Counted from the stretch's first letter, positions 35,428 through 49,800 are shown. The stretch: DNA of 64,000 nucleotides from Macrostomum lignano (GCA_002269645.1 NIVC01000504.1:186001-250000); one strand, 5' to 3'. Translations and numbers: made by a program. Notes: a model not told the origin generated them from the letters alone.

Positions 35428-38400
35428 CACAGACAGACAAACACACAGACAGGCAGACAGACAGACAGGCAGACAGACAGACAGACAGGCAGACAGACAG
35501 ACAGACAGGCAGACAGACAGACAGACAGACAGGCAGGCAGGCAGACAGACAGGCAGACAGGCAGACAGACAGGCAGACAGGCAGACATACAGGCAGACAG
35601 ACAGACAGACAGACAGGCAGACAGACAGGCAGACAGACAGGCAGACAGGCACTTACACGGCTCCAAGTCATCGTCAAGCGTGTCGGCGCGAGCTTCGCGA
35701 CCATCCGCAGCAAAAGCGTCGCCTTCGCCGCTGCTGTCGCCAGAAGGTGGAAGGAATCCAAATCCGCCGCCCACACCGCCGCCGACGCCGCCAGCGTCTC
35801 GAGCCGAGTCCGTTCGCGAGGTGACAGCGGCCATGGCGGCGGCTTCCTCGTCGGAGTTGATCATGGCGAAGCAGCGGCCGCAGAAGGTCATGCGAACCTG
35901 CGGCTCGGGGCCATCAGGCTGGCCAGTGCCGGCCCGCTGGCGGCTGGTGGCCACGGCTCTGCCCACGCCGGCGCTGCGGCGGGAGACGCGAACGCCTTCG
36001 GCGGCCAGAGCGTCGGCGTCCTCTGAATGATTGCAGCGGTTTTTAGTTGCAACGTTCAGGGTATATTTGTAACAGAAGCCAGCTTAGTCTTAGCAACAGA
36101 ATCCCAATCTATGGCAACGCAAGCTACACCCTTAGCAACGGAATCCCAATCCATAGCAAAGCAAGCTACACCCTTAGCAACAGAATCCCAATCCATAGCA
36201 ACGTAAGCTACACTCTTAGCAACAGTATTCCAAATCATGGCAACGCAAGCTACACTCTTAGCAACAGTATTCAAAATCATGGCAACACAAGCTACACCCT
36301 TAGCAACAGTATCCCGACCCATGACAACGCAAGCTAAACCCTTAGCAACAGTATCCCGACCCATGACAACGCAAGCTACACCCTTAGCAACAGTATCCCG
36401 ACCCATGACAACGCAAGCTACACCCTTAGCAACAGTATCCCGACCCATGACAACGCAAGCTACATCCTTAGCAACAGTATCCCGATCCATGACAACGCAA
36501 GCTACATACTTAGCAACAGTATCCTGACCCATGAAAACGCAAGCTAAACCCTTAGCAACAGTATCCCGACCCATGACAACGCAAGCTACACCCTTAGCAA
36601 CAGTATCCCGACCCATGACAACGCAAGCTACACCCTTAGCAACAGTATCCCGACCCATGACAACGCAAGCTACATCCTTAGCAACAGTATCCCGATCCAT
36701 GACAACGCAAGCTACATCCTTAGCAACAGTATCCCGACCCATGACAACGCAAGCTACATCCTTAGCAACAGTATCCCGACCCATGACAACGCAAGCTACA
36801 CCCTTAGCAACAGTATCCCGATCCATGACAACGCAAGCTACATCCTTAGCAACAGTATCCCGACCCATGACAACGCAAGCTACATCCTTAGCAACAGTAT
36901 CCCGACCCATGACAACGCTAGCTACACCCTTAGCAACATAATCCCGACACATTGCAACACAAGCTACAGCCTTAGCAACGAATCCTGAACCATAGCAACG
37001 CAAGCTACACCCTTAGCAACAGTATCCCGATCCATAGAAACGCAACCAGACGCTTTAGCAACAGAACTTCAACATATAGCAACAGACGCTAAGGCCTCGG
37101 CAACAACAACTAAAAAAAGTTTGAAAGAATAAAACCAGACTGAGAAAAAACACCACAATTAGTAAACGCGCACCCATAAGCAGAACTCCATCAGCTTCAA
37201 AGTCGTCCTCATCAGCTCCGCTACCAATCGCTGAGTCTGTCGATTTGCCAGCAGCGGCAGCAGTAGTACTAGTCTCGGCTAACTGTCTCATTCGAGCTTC
37301 TCTAGCAGCTTGTCTAGCAGCCATAGCACTTCGATGCCGAGATCCTCTAGCAGAGAGTACAGCATCTGTGTCTCCGACACTGGAACCCTGATCTTTGTCA
37401 GCAGCGCCAGAGTTCGCATCTGGTGCTCCTCTAGCCAGACGGAATTCCGATCCGAGAATATCAGCTTCCGCCTCGGCTACTGCCGTCGCCGTTGTCGGCG
37501 CTTCAGCCGCAGAGGCAGCCTCCCCGGCTGACCATAAATAGTTGTTGCCAGCCGTAGCTGAGTTAAACGGGTCCGGCTGGGTCAGGGAGGCGCGAGGCTG
37601 CTTCTGCTGATGGCGCTGTCGCTGAATAGGTAGATTTGGGGCGATTCTCATAGGTAGGTTTGGAGCTATTCTCACAAGTAGATTTAGGGCGATTCTTACA
37701 GGTAGAGTTGGGGCGATTCTCATAGGTAGATTTTAGGCGATTTTCACAAGTAGATTTGGGGCGATTCACACAGGTAGATTTGGAGCGATTCTCATAGGTA
37801 GATTTTAGGCGATTTTCACAGGTAGATTTGGGGCGATTCTCACAGGTAGATTTGGAGCGATTCTCATATGTAGATTTTAGGCGATTTTCACAGGTAGATT
37901 TGGGGCGATTCTCACAGGTAGATTTGGAGCGATTCTCATAGGTAGATTTGGGGCGATTCTCATAGGTAGATTTGGGGCGATTCTCACAGGTAGATTTGGG
38001 GCGATTCTCACAGGTAGATTTGGAGCGATTCTCATAGGTAGATTTGGGGCGATTCTCATAGGTAGATTTGGGGCGATTCTCACAGGTAGATTTGGGGCGA
38101 TTCTCACAGGTCAGAGTTGGGGCGATTCTCACAGGTCAGAGTTGGGGCGATTCTCACAGGTCAGAGTTGGGGCGATTCTTAGAGGGTAGAGTTGGGGCGA
38201 CTATCACAGGTAGATTTGGGGCGATTCTCACAGGTAGGTTTGGAGCGATTCCCACAAGTAGATTTAGGGCGATTCTTACAGGTAGAGTTGGGGCGATTCT
38301 CACAGGTAGAGTTGTGGCGATTCTTAAAGGGTAGAGTTGGGGCGATTCTCACAGGTAGATTTGGGGCGATTCTCACAGGTAGATTTGGGGCGATTCTTAC

Positions 38401-39464
38401 AGGTTGATTTGGGGCGATACTAACAGGTTGATTTGGGGCGATTCTCACAGGTCAGAGTTGGGGCGATTCTCACAGGTCAGAGTTGGGGCGATTCTCACAG
38501 GTCAGAGTTGGGGCGATTCTCACAGGTCAGAGTTGGGGCGATTCTTAGAGGGTAGAGTTGGGGCGACTATCACAGGTAGATTTGGGGCGATTCTCACAGG
38601 TAGGTTTGGAGCGATTCCCACAAGTAGATTTAGGGCGATTCTTACAGGTAGAGTTGGGGCGATTCTCACAGGTAGAGTTGTGGCGATTCTTAAAGGGTAG
38701 AGTTGGGGCGATTCTCACAGGTAGATTTGGGGCGATTCTCACAGGTAGATTTGGGGCGATTCTTACAGGTTGATTTGGGGCGATACTAACAGGTTGATTT
38801 GGGGCGATTCTCACAGGTTGATTTGGGGCGATTCTCACAGGTTGATTTGGGGCGATTCTCACAGGTTGATTTGGGGCGATTCTCACAGGTATATTTGGAG
38901 CGATTCTCACAGGTTGATTTGGGGCGATTCTCACAGGTAGGTTTGGAGCGATACTCACAAGTAGATTTAGGGCGATTCTTACAGGTAGAGTTGGGGCGAT
39001 TCTCACAGGTAGATTTGGGGTGATTCTCACAGGTAGATTTGGGGCGATTCTCATAGATAGACTCTCACCTCAAAAGCGCTATAATCAGCCATAGAGGCGG
39101 CCACATTGCCGGAGCTGGACTTTCTCATGCCGCCAGGCTTGCTACTACTAGTAGTCAGCCAAGGTTTATCATAGGATCTGGTGCCGCTCGAAGCGCCGAC
39201 GCCTACAGTAGCCGACATCGATTTCGCCGGCGCCGCAGTCGACGGCCTGAGAGGCGCCGACATGGCCGGAGACGCGCTGAATTCCGACCCCTGTTTTAAA
39301 AGTCCCCGATCAGAGGCCTTGCGCTGCAGTGAACGCATCAGATGAAGCAGGGGCTCCTGCGGTTGATCGCGAATTAAACTAGCCATTAATTCTTCGAATA
39401 GGGCGCCAACTCGATGGTGTTGAAGGTAGGCTTGCGCGCTGGATTGTCTGACCGCCGAGCTCAT
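33591..39464 (-). CDS. C8orf34: C8orf34 homolog with an N-terminal RIIa/Dpy30-like docking domain; exons 39464-39069, 37621-37174, 36022-35657, 35103-about 34920, about 33785-33591 (last junction uncertain)
   Basis: AQAYLQHHRVGALFEELMASLIRDQPQEPL, RSYDKPW, EPQVRMTFCGRC and IESASQVTGPRRPSW match blocks I recall from vertebrate C8orf34. The first four exons join in phase. The phase of the exon 4/5 junction is unresolved. Confidence 0.75.
33865..34860. repeat. 31-bp minisatellite (CTGACAGCAATTCCCCTCGGAGCTTTGACAT) in C8orf34 intron 4
   Basis: Period 31 measured between 33902 and 33933. Confidence 0.95.
35153..35650. repeat. (ACAG)/(GCAG)n microsatellite filling C8orf34 intron 3
   Basis: Direct reading. 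Confidence 0.95.
36065..37035. repeat. 42-bp minisatellite (GCAACAGTATCCCGACCCATGACAACGCAAGCTACACCCTTA) in C8orf34 intron 2
   Basis: Direct reading. Confidence 0.95.
37630..39056. repeat. 24-bp minisatellite (GGGGCGATTCTCACAGGTAGATTT) filling C8orf34 intron 1, with a 366-bp internal duplication
   Basis: Direct reading; identical pseudo-ORFs at 38192 and 38558. Confidence 0.95.
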
Positions 39465-39644
39465 TGTCGGTTGTTATGGTTTATGATTGTATAGGCAAAC
39501 ATGAAATTATTTATTAATGATCAACATATTGAATTTGATTTCAATAGTCATACAGTATTAGAATTTTTTAAATCCAGTTTTCACACCTCAAGATGTAGCA
39601 AATGAGCGATAATAAAACTTAAACTCCACCTCTTTAATTAGCAA

Positions 39645-42600
39645 CGCAGCTATAATCATAAAACTTCCTCCTCCCCATATTTTCACACACCTGTACAATT
39701 AGCCTCAAAGCTATAATCATAAAACTTCGACCAACCCATATCTTCACACACCTGTACAATTAGCCTCAAAGCTATAATCATAAAACTTCCTCCTCCCCAT
39801 ATCTTCACACACCTGTACAATTAGCCTCAAAGCTATAATCATAAAACTTCGACCAACCCATATTTTCACACACCTGTACAATTAGCCTCAAAGCTATAAT
39901 CATAAAACTTCGACCAACCCATATTTTCACACACCTGTACAATTAGCCTCAAAGCTATAATCATAAAACTTCGACCAACCCATATTTTCACACACCTGTA
40001 TAATCAGCGTCAAAGCTATAATCATAAAACTTCATCCTCCCCATATTTTCACACACCTGTACAATTACCCTCAAAGCTATAATCATAAAACTTCGACCAA
40101 CCCATATTTTCACACACCTGTACAATTAGTCTCAAAGCTATAATCATAAAACTTCAATCAACCCATATTTTCACACACCTGTACATTTAGCCTCAAAGCT
40201 ATAATCATAAAACTTCGACCAACCCATATTTTCACACACCTGTACAATTAGCCTCAAAGCTATAATCATAAAACTTCATCCTCCCCATATTTTCACACAC
40301 CTGTACAATTACCCTCAAAGCTATAATCATAAAACTTCGACCAACCCATATTTTCACACACCTGTACAATTAGTCTCAAAGCTATAATCATAAAACTTCG
40401 ACCAACCCATATTTTCACACACCTGTACATTTAGCCTCAAAGCTATAATCATAAAACTTCGACCAACCCATATTTCACACACCTGTACAATTAGCCTCAA
40501 AGCTATAATCATAAAACTTCGACCAACCCATATTTTCACACACCTGTACATTTAGCCTCAAAGCTATAATCATAAAACTTCAATCAACCCATATTTTCAC
40601 ACACCTGTACAATTAGCCTCAAAGCTATAATCATAAAACTTCGACCAACCCATATTTTCACACACCTGTACATTTAGCCTCAAAGCTATAATCATAAAAC
40701 TTCGACCAACCCATATTTTCACACACCTGTACAATTAGCCTCAAAGCTATAATCATAAAACTTCGACCAACCCATATTTTCACACACCTGTACAATTAGC
40801 CTCAAAGCTATAATCATAAAACTTCATCCTCCCCATATTTTCACACACCTGTACAATTACCTCAAAGCTATAATCATAAAACTTCGACCAACCCATATTT
40901 TCACACACCTGTACAATTAGTCTCAAAGCTATAATCATAAAACTTCATCATCCCCATATTTTCACACACCTGTACAATTAGTCTCAAAGCTATAATCATA
41001 AAACTTCGACCAACCCATATTTTCACACACCTGTATAATTAGCCTCAAAGCTATAATCATAAAACTTCGACCAACCCATATTTTCACACACCTGTACATT
41101 TAGCCTCAAAGCTATAATCATAAAACTTCGACCAACCCATATTTTCACACACCTGTACAATTAGCCTCAAAGCTATAATCATAAAACTTCGACCAACCCA
41201 TATTTTCACACACCTGTATAATCAGCGTCAAAGCTATAATCATAAAACTTCGACCAAACCATATTTTCACACACCTGTACAATCAGCCTCAAAGCTACAA
41301 TCATAAAACTTCGACCAACCCATATTTTCACACACCTGTACAATTAGCCTCAAAGCTACAATCATAAAACTTCGACCAAACCATATTTTCACACACCTGT
41401 ACAATCAGCCTCAAAGCTACAATCATAAAACTTCGACCAACCCATATTTTCACACACCTGTACAATTAGCCTCAAAGCTATAATCATAAAACTTCATCCT
41501 CCCATATTTTCACACACCTGTACAATTACCTCAAAGCTATAATCATAAAACTTCGACCAACCCATATTTTCACACACCTGTACAATTAGTCTCAAAGCTA
41601 TAATCATAAAACTTCGACCAACCCATATTTTCACACACCTGTACATTTAGCCTCAAAGCTATAATCATAAAACTTCGACCAACCCATATTTCACACACCT
41701 GTACAATTAGCCTCAAAGCTATAATCATAAAACTTCGACCAACCCATATTTTCACACACCTGTACATTTAGCCTCAAAGCTATAATCATAAAACTTCAAT
41801 CAACCCATATTTTCACACACCTGTACAATTAGCCTCAAAGCTATAATCATAAAACTTCGACCAACCCATATTTTCACACACCTGTACATTTAGCCTCAAA
41901 GCTATAATCATAAAACTTCGACCAACCCATATTTTCACACACCTGTACAATTAGTCTCAAAGCTATAATCATAAAACTTCAATCAACCCATATTTTCACA
42001 CACCTGTACAATTAGCCTCAAAGTTATAATCATAAAACTTCATCCTCCCCATATTTTCACACACCTGTACAATTACCCTCAAAGCTATAATCATAAAACT
42101 TCGACCAACCCATATTTTCACACACCTGTACAATTAGTCTCAAAGCTATAATCATAAAACTTCGACCAACCCATATTTTCACACACCTGTACATTTAGCC
42201 TCAAAGCTATAATCATAAAACTTCGACCAACCCATATCTTCACACACCTGTACAATTAGCCTCAAAGCTATAATCATAAAACTTCGACCAACCCATATTT
42301 TCACACACCTGTACATTTAGCCTCAAAGCTATAATCATAAAACTTCAATCAACCCATATTTTCACACACCTGTACAATTAGCCTCAAAGCTATAATCATA
42401 AAACTTCGACCAACCCATATTTTCACACACCTGTACATTTAGCCTCAAAGCTATAATCATAAAACTTCGACAAACCCATATTTTCACACACCTGTACAAT
42501 TAGCCTCAAAGCTATAATCATAAAACTTCGACCAACCCATATTTTCACACACCTGTACAATTAGCCTCAAAGCTATAATCATAAAACTTCATCCTCCCAT

Positions 42601-44440
42601 ATTTTCACACACCTGTACAATTACCCTCAAAGCTATAATCATAAAACTTCGACCAACCCATATTTTCACACACCTGTACAATTAGTCTCAAAGCTATAAT
42701 CATAAAACTTCAATCAACCCATATTTTCACACACCTGTACATTTAGCCTCAAAGCTATAATCATAAAACTTCGACCAACCCATATCTTCACACACCTGTA
42801 CAATTAGCCTCAAAGCTATAATCATAAAACTTCGACCAACCCATATTTTCACACACCTGTACATTTAGCCTCAAAGCTATAATCATAAAACTTCAATCAA
42901 CCCATATTTTCACACACCTGTACAATTAGCCTCAAAGCTATAATCATAAAACTTCGACCAACCCATATTTTCACACACCTGTACATTTAGCCTCAAAGCT
43001 ATAATCATAAAACTTCGACCAACCCATATTTTCACACACCTGTACAATTAGCCTCAAAGCTATAATCATAAAACTTCGACCAACCCATATTTTCACACAC
43101 CTGTACAATTAGCCTCAAAGCTATAATCATAAAACTTCATCCTCCCATATTTTCACACACCTGTACAATTACCCTCAAAGCTATAATCATAAAACTTCGA
43201 CCAACCCATATTTTCACACACCTGTACAATTAGTCTCAAAGCTATAATCATAAAACTTCATCATCCCCATATTTTCACACACCTGTACAATTAGTCTCAA
43301 AGCTATAATCATAAAACTTCGACCAACCCATATTTTCACACACCTGTATAATTAGCCTCAAAGCTATAATCATAAAACTTCAATCAACCCATATTTTCAC
43401 ACACCTGTACAATTAGCCTCAAAGCTATAATCATAAAACTTCGACCAACCCATATTTTCACACACCTGTACAATTAGCCTCAAAGCTATAATCATAAAAC
43501 TTCGACCAACCCATATTTTCACACACCTGTATAATCAGCGTCAAAGCTATAATCATAAAACTTCGACCAAACCATATTTTCACACACCTGTACAATCAGC
43601 CTCAAAGCTACAATCATAAAACTTCGACCAACCCATATTTTCACACACCTGTACAATTAGCCTCAAAGCTACAATCATAAAACTTCGACCAAACCATATT
43701 TTCACACACCTGTACAATCAGCCTCAAAGCTACAATCATAAAACTTCGACCAAACCATATATTCACACACCTGTACAATTAGCCTCAAAGCTATAATCAT
43801 AAAACTTCATCCTCCCCATATTTTCACACACCTGTACAATTACCCTCAAAGCTATAATCATAAAACTTCGACCAACCCATATTTTCACACACCTGTACAA
43901 TTAGTCTCAAAGCTATAATCATAAAACTTCGACCAACCCATATTTTCACACACCTGTACATTTAGCCTCAAAGCTATAATCATAAAACTTCGACCAACCC
44001 ATATCTTCACACACCTGTACAATTAGCCTCAAAGCTATAATCATAAAACTTCGACCAACCCATATTTTCACACACCTGTACATTTAGCCTCAAAGCTATA
44101 ATCATAAAACTTCAATCAACCCATATTTTCACACACCTGTACAATTAGCCTCAAAGCTATAATCATAAAACTTCGACCAACCCATATTTTCACACACCTG
44201 TACATTTAGCCTCAAAGCTATAATCATAAAACTTCGACCAACCCATATTTTCACACACCTGTACAATTAGCCTCAAAGCTATAATCATAAAACTTCGACC
44301 AACCCATATTTTCACACACCTGTACAATTAGCCTCAAAGCTATAATCATAAAACTTCGACCAACCCATATCTTCACACACCTGTACATTTAGCCTTTAAA
44401 GCTATAATCATAAAACTCCCCCCCATATTTTCACACACCA
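39645..44440. repeat. 61-bp satellite (AAAGCTATAATCATAAAACTTCGACCAACCCATATTTTCACACACCTGTACAATTAGCCTC), about 78 units, with higher-order structure
   Basis: Direct reading; identical pseudo-ORFs 1216 bp apart (40354 and 41570). Confidence 0.97.
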
Positions 44441-45011
44441 TATTTTCTCCTCCAACGGAGAAGTTCCACTCGTAAAGACTAAGTCTGCAGCAATCTTAGT
44501 TTTGAAACCAAAACTACGCCCGTCAATTAATTTTAAATAACTAACAACACAAACAAAACAGGTGATAACACGAACAATAAAAACGAAGCAAACGATACGC
44601 TTGTATAATTTTTATTGCTAGGAGAAAAACGATTTTTTATCAACCGAGAAGACAAAAACGTACGCGGGAATAGAAATGAACTTTTTTTCTATATTACGAT
44701 TATTTTAACAGACTAACAACATTGAATCTGCTCAAAAAGTGATAAAAGAGGAAAACTTTTAAACGCGAACTGCAAAAAACGTACGCAACGAAACGCACAG
44801 AAAAATTATCGCATAATACTAAAAAACCGAACAAAACATTTGGAGATTGCGTTCAACAGATGATGCGGCATAATATAGGCAAACACAAAATAATACGACA
44901 ACTGTTAGTTAAAACACTGAAGCTCAGTATGCATTCATATTTGAAATTAGGCACTTATAATACATTGCCTAATTATCAAACATGCGTGTGCCATTATGAA
45001 AGTCTGATGGT

Positions 45012-45630
45012 TTAGCAACTGAGGATTTGGGAGGCTGGCTCAGCAACTGAGGACCAGGGAGGCTGGCCTAGCAACTGAGGACCAGGGAGGCTGGCCTAGC
45101 AACTGAGGATCTGGGAGGCTGGTGGCCCAGCAACTGAGGATCTGGGAGGCTGGTGGCCCAGCAACTGAGGATCTGGGAGGCTGGTGGCCCAGCAACTGAG
45201 GATCTGGGAGGCTGGTGGCCCAGCAACTGAGGACCAGGGAGGCTGGTGGCCCAGCAACTGAGGACCAGGGAGGCTGGCCTAGCAACTGAGGATCTGGGAG
45301 GCTGGTGGCCCAGAAACTGAGGATCTGGGAGGCTGGTGGCCCAGCAACTGAGGATCTGGGAGGCTGGTGGCCCAGCAACTGAGGATCTGGGAGGCTGGTG
45401 GCCCAGCAACTGAGGATCTGGGAGGCTGGTGGCCCAGCAACTGAGGATCTGGGAGGCTGGTGGCCCAGCAACTGAGGATCTGGGAGGCTGGTGGCCCAGC
45501 AACTGAGGATCTGGGAGGCTGGTGGCCCAGCAACTGAGGATCTGGGAGGCTGGTGGCCCAGCAACTGAGGATCTGGGAGGCTGGTGGCCCAGCAACTGAG
45601 GATCTGGTAGGCTGGTGGCCCAGCAACTGA
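45012..45630. repeat. 31-bp GC-rich minisatellite (AGCAACTGAGGATCTGGGAGGCTGGTGGCCC)
   Basis: Direct reading. Confidence 0.95.
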
Positions 45631-46199
45631 CGATCATGGAGGCACAATGACGTCGCACTACAGTAGACAGTTTTTTTACTGGAAAAAAAGTAAAGTAGAA
45701 AAAATACACATTAATATCTTTTATTAAAAAACGCCACACAGAAGTATTGCAGCATACTAACTGTTGTTATAATGCATTGAAAAAAAACTTGAGTCATAAA
45801 ACGCATTGAATTTTTAGTAGAAAACATTGATTCCAACGCTGGCTATTAGCTGGAGTGCTATGCATACTATATCAATATTTGATAAATACGGGAAAAATTG
45901 AAAAACAAACTTTCGAACAAACCGGGAATTAAAAACTGAAACAAAAATTATGAGCAAGGAATGACAGAGCAAGAACATACCGATCCACTCACAAAATCAG
46001 TCAGTAACTTTTGGAGTAATAGTATACTAGAAAAGATATACTACCTCAGACATAATTGCTTATGAATCCAGTGTCAATTGCAACTGATTTTTTTCTGCGA
46101 GACTTTTCTGCTGATATTTTTAATAGCGTATCAATTAATCAATAGTCCTACATGCATCTAACAATGTCTCAACATTAAAGTCAATTAATTTATCAGTAT

Positions 46200-46670
46200 G
46201 TAGTCTATCAACTTATCAATCTTCTAGTTTATCAACTCATCAATATTCTAGTCTATCAACTCATCAATATTCTAGTTTATCAACTCATCAATATTCTAGT
46301 TTATCAACTCATCAATATTCTAGTTTATCAACTCATCAATATTCTAGTTTATCAACTCATCAATATTCTAGTTTATCAACTCATCAATATTCTAGTTTAT
46401 CAACTCATCAATATTCTAGTTTATCAACTCATCAATATTCTAGTTTATCAACTCATCAATATTCTAGTTTATCAACTCATCAATATTCTAGTTTATCAAC
46501 TCATCAATCTTCTAGTTAACCAACTCATCAATATTCTAGTTTACCAACTCATCAATCTTTTAGTTATTAACCTATCAATCTTCTAGTTTATCAATTCATC
46601 AATCTAGTTTATCAACTCATCAATATTCTAGTTTATCAACTCATTAATCTTTTAGTTTATCAACTTATTA
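46200..46670. repeat. 24-bp AT-rich minisatellite (TCATCAATATTCTAGTTTATCAAC)
   Basis: Period 24 measured between 46261 and 46285. Confidence 0.93.
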
Positions 46671-46826
46671 ATCTTAATTTTCAAAAAAAAAATAATCAAA
46701 GCGTTTATAAACTTACGGCCTTTTTTACCCTAACTGTGAAGTAATAAAATAAAGAGAATAATGATTTTAGCCAAAATTATTTAGCATTAGCTGTCAATCA
46801 TTTAGAAACGGAAGGCTTCTTTTTCA

Positions 46827-49800
46827 TTACTTCTCACTGCAGCTGATCCGCGACTCCCTAGTAACGCTGAAAGTGCCAGAGAAGGTGAATCCCAGATTTC
46901 GCAGGAACTGATCCGCCTCAGGGGGCCCGTTCCTAGCGCCGTAGGCGTACGGCAGAGGTTTCACAGCTTTGGCATCTAACTCGTGCAGAATCGGCGTGAA
47001 TATGCGCCACGCTTCGCGCAGCTCATCGGTGCGAACGAAATTCACCTGAAAATTGAGCGCTTGTTTTCAGATTCAGATTTTTGAAAATACTAACTACTCT
47101 ACTGCTAGTAGAATCGCATTATTTATTTCTTCAATTGAAAATTAAAACATGATAAAAAATGAGCTTAATTTGGCATGAACATCTGCTACACCCTTTATGA
47201 TCCTTCAGTGACCGTCTGCTTCACCCTTTATGAACCTTCAGTGATCGTCTGCTACACCTTTTATGATCCTTCAGTGACCGTCTGCTTCACCCTTTATGAA
47301 CCTTCAGTGATCGTCTGCTACACCCTTTATGATCCTTCAGTGACCGTCTGCTTCACCCTTTATGAACCTTCAGTGACCATCTCCCACCCTTCTTTTCTTC
47401 ATTTTCTTTAGTGATTCTTCAGTGACCTACTATCTGCAATCATTCTATGATCTTTCAGTGACAATTAGCTACCACCTCTATGATCCTTCAGTGACAATTA
47501 GCTACCACCTCTATGATCTTTCAGTGACAATTAGCTACCACCTCTATGATCCTTCAGTGACAATTAGCTACCACCTCAATGATCCTTCAGTGACCATTAG
47601 CTATCAACTCTATGATCCTTCAGTAACCATTAGCTATCACCTCTATGATCCTTCAGTAACCATTAGCTACCACCTCTATGATCCTTAAGTGACAATTAGC
47701 TACCACCTCTATGATCCTTCAGTAACCATTAGCTATCACCTCTATGATCCTTCAGTAACCATTAGCTACCACCTCTATGATCCTTCAGTGACAATTAGCT
47801 ACCACCTCTATGATCTTTCAGTGACAATTAGCTACCACCTCTATGATCCTTCAGTGACTATTAGCTACCACCTCTATGATCCTTCAGTGACAATTAGCTA
47901 CCACCTCTATGATCCTTCAGTGACAATTAGCTACCACCTCTATGATCCTTCAGTGACTATTAGCTACCACCTCTATGATCCTTCAGTGACAATTAGCTAC
48001 CACCTCTATGATCCTTCAGTGACAATTAGCTACCACCTCTATGATCCTTCAGTAACCATTAGCTACCACCTCTATGATCCTTCAGTAACCATTAGCTACC
48101 ACCTCTATGATCTTTCAGTGACAATTAGCTACCACCTCTATGATCCTTCAGTGACAATTAGCTACCACCTCTATGATCCTTCAGTGACAATTAGCTACCA
48201 CCTCTATGATCCTTCAGTGACAATTAGCTACCACCTCTATGATCTTTCAGTGACCATCTATGGGCATACCAACCGCTATATATAAACTCTATATATTCTA
48301 TAATAGTATACAAAACTGTACATCTGTAGTATCCCAACTGGAATCATGTATTTTTAACCCCGTCCCAACTACAATACACAAACGCACCTGAGATCCGCAC
48401 AGTACATCCAATAGCAATCGTTCGTAAGCATCCGGCAGCTTAACCTTAGAGAATCGTTTACTATAGGACAGGTCTAGTTCGGTCTCCTCCGCGCCGAAAC
48501 CCATGCCTGGCCGCTTTGTCATGCACTTGATGTACACAGCTTCGTTCGGTTGCACTCGCATTACTAACTCGTTTCGGTGCACTACACCAGACTCGAATAT
48601 ATCGCCGCTAACGTCTTTAAATTGGATTCGAACTTCGCATTTAGTCTCGTTGAGAGCTTTGCCAGCTCGGATAATGAATGGAACTCCGTCCCACCGTTCG
48701 TTCTTAATGTACAGCGCCGCCATGCCGTAGGTGGCCGCCAGCGACCCGGCTGGTACAGTGGCGTCGTCAAGGTAACCGGGTTTGCCTGTTTCCGAATTGG
48801 CAACGTATTGCCCGATGACGATGTCTTTGAGTTCGATTGGCCGAATACTTCTTAGTACCTTCACCTGCGTCAGGCATATGTTTTAAGTGTTTTTAGCTAC
48901 CGATATGTTTCGAAATAATCATAATAAATGATAATATACTTTCCTAGAAGATGATAGGAAAGAAGGCACTTAGTAAGACTTTAATACACTACCGATATGT
49001 TTGGAAAGGAGCAATAACCAAGTATTTTGAGAGAAGACTGATAAAGCAAAAACAATAGTTAGGTATAAGCCTAATAGACTACCGATATGTTTTGAAATGA
49101 TTTTAATCAATGGCTAAATGCAGAACTAGTTATTTTAGAAAAAGAAAATTAGTAATGTTTTATTAGACTACCGATAAGTTTTGAAACTTCCAAACCTTTT
49201 CATCGCGAATATCATCGGCAGCCATTGACAGCGGCTTCTCCATAGCAATTAAGCTAAGCACCTGCAACAGGTGATTCTGCATCACGTCTCGAATAATGCC
49301 GAATTCGTCGAAATAACCGCCGCGGCCCTCCGTGCCAAAGTTTTCCTGCAAAATTTATTAGATTTTAATCAATATTTCAAGCGACCGATAGGGTGTCCAA
49401 GGTTCAAGTTAAGTTTAGGTTAACAATAAAGTCCAATGTGTATTATTTTTTGGCTGCTAAAGTTCAAGGTGTCCTATTGGCTGCTGAAGTTCAAGGTGTC
49501 CTATTGGCTGCTAAAGTTCAAGGTGTCCTATTGGCTGCTAAAGTTCAAGGTGTCCTATTGGCTGCTAAAGTTCAAGGTGTCCTATTGACTAATAATTGTT
49601 CCATGTGTCTTATTGACTGATAAGTTCCATGTGTCCTATTGGCTGTAAAGTTTAATGTGTCCTATTGACCGATAAGTTTAATGTGTCCTATTGACTAGTC
49701 ACAAGGTGTCCTTTTGACTGGTAAGTTTAAGATGTCCTTTTATTGGCGAAAGTTCAAGATGTCTTTTTTGACTAAAGTGTAAGGTGTACTGATTAAGTTC

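Noticed and set aside
33763-38814. Repeat-derived ORFs in C8orf34 introns (CQSSEGN, SVCL, QTDR, VACVVMGRDT, RIAPNLP)
   Set aside because: They coincide exactly with tandem arrays between the identified exons.
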